A DNA stretch of 63,339 nucleotides, filler included, from Octopus bimaculoides (taxonomy: Eukaryota), in NCBI RefSeq assembly GCF_001194135.2. It is 8 parts of 6 records of this genome, joined end to end, with 100 filler letters (N's around TTAATTAATTAA, not from the genome) between each part and the next. Parts side by side here need not be neighbours in the genome. Positions count along the whole stretch, not along the records: positions 57,469 to 63,339 come from NC_068983.1; 7 more parts are not named here. The stretch is one strand, 5' to 3'. The translations under genes were made by a program, and so were the position numbers. This document shows positions 59,033 to 63,339 of the stretch, piece after piece. Each line of letters opens with the position of its first letter. Positions within the stretch are counted from its first letter, which is position 1. The notes under the pieces are model-generated. The model was given only the letters and a program-made list of their open reading frames with translations. It did no database searches and was not told where the DNA came from.

Positions 59033-61038
59033 CTGTTGCATATATATAACGAATGTGTGTGTGAGAACATATATATATATATATATANNNNNNNNNNNNN
59101 NNNNNNNNNNNNNNNNNNNNNNNNNNNNNNNNNNNNNNNNNNNNNNNNNNNNNNNNNNNNNNNNNNNNNNNNNNNNNNNNNNNNNNNNNNNNNNNNNNNN
59201 NNNNNNNNNNNNNNNNNNNNNNNNNNNNNNNNNNNNNNNNNNNNNNNNNNNNNNNNNNNNNNNNNNNNNNNNNNNNNNNNNNNNNNNNNNNNNNNNNNNN
59301 NNNNNNNNNNNNNNNNNNNNNNNNNNNNNNNNNNNNNNNNNNNNNNNNNNNNNNNNNNNNNNNNNNNNNNNNNNNNNNNNNNNNNNNNNNNNNNNNNNNN
59401 NNNNNNNNNNNNNNNNNNNNNNNNNNTATATATATGCATATATATATATTGGATTCGGAGATCATGCATCAGCTTCTTTTGTTCTTACTTCGAGAAACTT
59501 AATATTTCTAGGTGTTTGCGTAAATTTGCAGGTACATGACCGAATGCAACTATGGAGATTGGTACAAGTTAGAATTTATAGTCTGGGTACAAGAACTGTA
59601 AGTTCCGCATTAATTCTCTTTCTCCTGAATCTTTGAGTGTATATTCACATCCACTGGGCAGCTGATCTCTTCCAACAACAGTGCATGACTTTTGTTTTCA
59701 CAGGACAATATTTGTGTTATGCTTGCACCACATTTCTCTTTTGATTGAAGTGTTCCGCCAGTATTTCTTGTTTTTAAATGTGTGAATACATGCAGTTTCT
59801 GCGATGCCGTGAATGTCACGATAATCCTTCCTGCGTAGCGTTCTAATTAGTCTTTGCAACCATACGATATCACAGGGACAGGTAATATCTTGTAGACATG
59901 TGGGGCAGCTGATGATAATATGGACGATATCTTCGACTCTAGTAGAGCAGACACGACGTTTTCTAACACAACGTGGAGCCTTGGAGGTGTCATTGTCTCT
60001 CTTGTTCATCGGCTATTTACTAGCTTCTTTCTGTTCTTGGATAGCGAAGGCATATTCTTCAAGGTGGGATGTAATGTATCTATCGCAGGATCAGGAGAAG
60101 CTACTCTTCTTGTCAATGCTGTTGTTATCCTCTAATTTAGGGGATAAGTACACATGCATTGCATTTTGCTGGTATGATACCTGTTTCTCCTCCAAGCTTT
60201 TGTTTAGGTAGGGCAATCCAGTCTCCTTTGAGTCGTACGAGACCCTTGTATTCGCAGAGTACCAGCTCTGTAGTTCTTCCCACTTTTGAGTATGCATACA
60301 ATATACTCATTTCATCTTTCTTTACTGTCAGCAGGTTTTGTCTGAGTGACACAATGTGCTATTCAAAGGCTGTTTGGACTTTCCTTATACCTCTAACGCC
60401 ATCACTTCATCTCTCACAGACCCTATTGGTGCTGTTGTCGATTTAGGAGTTGCCGGTGCTAGTCAGTACATTTCTAGCTTTGAGGGCCAGGCCGTGTATC
60501 TCGTCAAATGTCCCGTCCAGTATTCCAAATGTTGGCATGAGCGCTGGTACTACAAAACCACAGTCATGTTAAAAGCAGGAAGTTCTGAGTTCGATATTTA
60601 CCGGAGCCTACAAAAGCACTCTTTTGTTATTCTGGCTTTAGTCACAGCACTAAGATACTTGTAGTTTTCATTATAAGAGGTGGGAAAGATACGGAATCCC
60701 TTGATGTACATATTCTCTGTCTGGTCGAAAGCCGCATCTCGGTTGAGTATCATTGATGAGTATTTAATTTACCCAAACTCCGTTTGTATATCTCATCGGA
60801 ATGTTCCGACTACTTCTAATTGTCCCTTGATGTTATTCATATTACCTATGTATGTATGTATGTATGTATGTATGTATGTATGTATGTATGTATGTATGTG
60901 TATATATGCACGTATGTATGCATGTAAATATATATATATATATANNNNNNNNNNNNNNNNNNNNNNNNNNNNNNNNNNNNNNNNNNNNNNNNNNNNNNNN
61001 NNNNNNNNNNNNNNNNNNNNNNNNNNNNNNNNNNNNNN

Positions 61039-61085
<47 letters not shown>

Positions 61086-61119
61086 TCTCACACACACATT
61101 CGTTATATATATGCAACAG
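59033..61119. repeat. Perfect 35-bp inverted repeat pair about 2 kb apart
   Basis: CTGTTGCATATATATAACGAATGTGTGTGTGAGAA at 59033-59067, with its exact reverse complement at 61085-61119. Confidence 0.85.
59590..60845 (-). mobile_element. Decayed R4-clade LINE, same family as 25090
   Basis: Minus strand DIQTEFG..K...NYKYL...ISNSEL (RT end) through to LMNKRDNDTSKAPRC...VEDIVHIIISCP (knuckle). Confidence 0.8.
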
Positions 61120-61783
61120 AAGCAATATTTGATTAAAATTCTGCTTCTGTGTATGACACTTCATGCAAATTTATAATGAAAAGCAAATTAACTGCGGCTT
61201 TCGTCCGGAGATAATATTCCTTGTGGATTTTCTCTATTTAAAACGCAAATATATGAATACCAGAAGAAAATCACCCAGCAGTTGGGGTGAGAATGCTAGG
61301 TGCGCATTTCTATCTGGATGAGTTTTGTCAGTAGCTTCCAACTGCATGCTCAGACAGAATTAGGTGGAAGGAAAACCTAGGCTTGACAAACTAATGCTTT
61401 GGAAAGAAGAATACAATTATTGGAATTATTTAGAGGAGTGTTCATGCATTCGTATTAGAAGGTTTCTTTCTGTTTGCACTGAGGGTACTAGTAGTAAAAT
61501 ATATGGTGCAACATCCGTACACCTTGACGCAAGGTGTTTTAAATTAATGGATCACCTATTCATAAAGTTTAAGAGAATTCTAGCAACGTTGAAAAAACAT
61601 TGAAATTAAGCAGAGGAATATATCATATACCTAGTGTCCAGTGCTGTTTTATATATTATCCTACCTAGTCAAGGATTTTCGATGCATGGTTATTATAATG
61701 AGCAGCATGGTTAAAGAATTTACTGTCAAAAGACTAACTGGCTATATCTTTACTAATATCATTTACTAAGTTTTTAAAGATTA

Positions 61784-61863
61784 TTGGGCAAGTATCTTCT
61801 ACCTCGGGTTGACCAAAGCCTTGTAGGTGGATTTGGTAGACGGAAACTGAAAGAAGCCCGTCG

Positions 61864-61896
<33 letters not shown>

Positions 61897-62113
61897 ATAT
61901 GTTTGTGTATCTGTGTTTGTCCCCCCAACGTCGCTTGACAACCGATGGTGGTGTGTTTACGTCCCCGTAACTTAGCGGTTCGGCAAAGAGACCGATAGAA
62001 TAAGTACTAGGCTTACAAAGAATAAGCGCTGGGGTCGATTTGCTCGACTAAAAGCGGTGCTCCAGCATGGCCGCAGTCAAATGACTGAAACAAGTAAAAG
62101 AGTAAAAAGAGTA
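61784..62113 (+). mobile_element. SINE-B, 5' truncated
   Basis: Starts at TTGGGCAAGT. Intact 3' domain and tail. Confidence 0.92.
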
Positions 62114-62730
62114 AATGTTGGAGTAATATTTGAGTAATATTAAAATCTTATTAGGTTGCAGGAGACCGGTTATATGTCAGAAATTAACTCTATTTTGATC
62201 CGTATATACTTGAAATCTTTAAGTTAAACTCTATGAAAATATAGATGAACTCCTTCTAAACATTATCCATTGAGAGTGATATAATTAAGACGCTATCATC
62301 ATAACAGAGGTCGATATCTGCAGAGCAAAGTCTTTTACAAATGAAGTAGTATATATGCAATCATCAATTCACAAACTTTTGCCCTATCATATGATTCTAT
62401 GGTTAGATAAAATAATTCCTGGTCATCACCGATAACTTTAAAAAGCTATCACATTCAATTGGATATATCTTAGTGTGTATACCTGAATTACAAACTGGAA
62501 TATAGCCTATATCAAATTTTTAGTCGCACGAGTATAGAAAGCTATAGTACCAAACTGGAACGTAGAAATATCACATGAATAAAAGTATATCGCATGTTCT
62601 GTGCGAGAGAAGTGTAGAGAAGCGTATAGATGAATCAAAACTGGACAAATACTTATATTTCAATGTGTGTGTGAATAATTTTGCATATATAGTGTGATGC
62701 AGCTTCCCTACATACATTCGATATGTCAAT

Positions 62731-62834
<104 letters not shown>

Positions 62835-62859
62835 GGATAACATACATGCTTTTCTCGGG

Positions 62860-63030
62860 TTATTCTTTTCCCTCACTCTGAACTTCCTCCTCTTTCCTCT
62901 TTTTGAAAAATAGTCACGCTCGAAACGTTTTAAGCTTTCTTTGAGCGCCAGTCTAATACATTTACTGTGTACGTCCTCTTGCTTTTTGTCGTTTTTCCTG
63001 TTTTAGTTTTTGATTTGCCTATATATATTT
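62860..63030 (+). mobile_element. Family G copy 3
   Basis: CTTTTTGAAAAATAGTCACGCTCGAAACGTT...GAGCGCCAGTCTAATACATTT, a T-rich tail, then TATATA. Confidence 0.45.
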
Positions 63031-63073
63031 ATATATAGGTAATGTAAACTCATTTACATATCTTTGTAGTAAA

Positions 63074-63222
63074 GTGAATTCGAGCGTTTCCCTTGATGAT
63101 GAAATCGTCAACTGTCTTGCAAAGGCAACCAACGCATTTGGCAAACTCCATCATCGCCTACAGAATGAAAGGGGCATTAAACATGACACCAAAATACAGG
63201 TCTATAAAGCTGCCATCCCTTA
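63074..63222 (+). mobile_element. RTE/BovB-type LINE fragment
   Basis: SLDDEIVNCLAKATNAFGKLHHRLQNERGIKHDTKIQVYKA matches the RTE thumb (EI..RI.KA..AFG.L..R......TK..VY.A). Confidence 0.8.
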
Positions 63223-63339
63223 CTACTATATATGTACATGCATACATAGTCCGAAAAAATTCCATAAGCCTGAAGGAGTCGGGTTCCCATTAGAGGCCGG
63301 CGGACTTGAAGTAGCACAGAACTGAATCAAACTGTTCTA

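Noticed and set aside
61364-62580. 79-aa ORF at 61364-61603 and a coding-like frame at 62230-62580
   Set aside because: No recognisable motifs or convincing splice signals, and the lengths are compatible with chance.

Overview
This is a eukaryotic, AT-rich, gap-riddled draft-assembly window with no intact protein-coding gene, rRNA, tRNA or CRISPR array that I can support. The repeat content suggests a coleoid cephalopod, probably Octopus. That is inferred from recalled SINE motifs and was not checked against a database. Most of the ORF track is artefact from N-runs, microsatellites and SINE strands. The window is a stack of mobile elements. It holds about 45 copies or fragments of five SINE-like families (labelled SINE-A to E here; A, B, C and E have tRNA-type heads) and decayed mariner transposases with mariner MITEs. 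It also holds RTE, CR1/L2-like and R4/Dong-like LINE relics, a decayed Penelope-like (RT + GIY-YIG) element, several TIR elements, a 91-bp Helitron, a ~223-bp satellite and many microsatellites. The most interesting signal is a set of short elements ending in Penelope-type termini with hammerhead-ribozyme core motifs (CUGANGA...GAAAC). One family (F) joins that terminus to a Pol III tRNA-like head, and one F copy has a perfect 18-bp inverted copy of its own tail at its 5' end. It is a candidate Penelope-mobilised, hammerhead-bearing SINE. Every hammerhead-like copy here is mutated, so catalytic activity is inference only.
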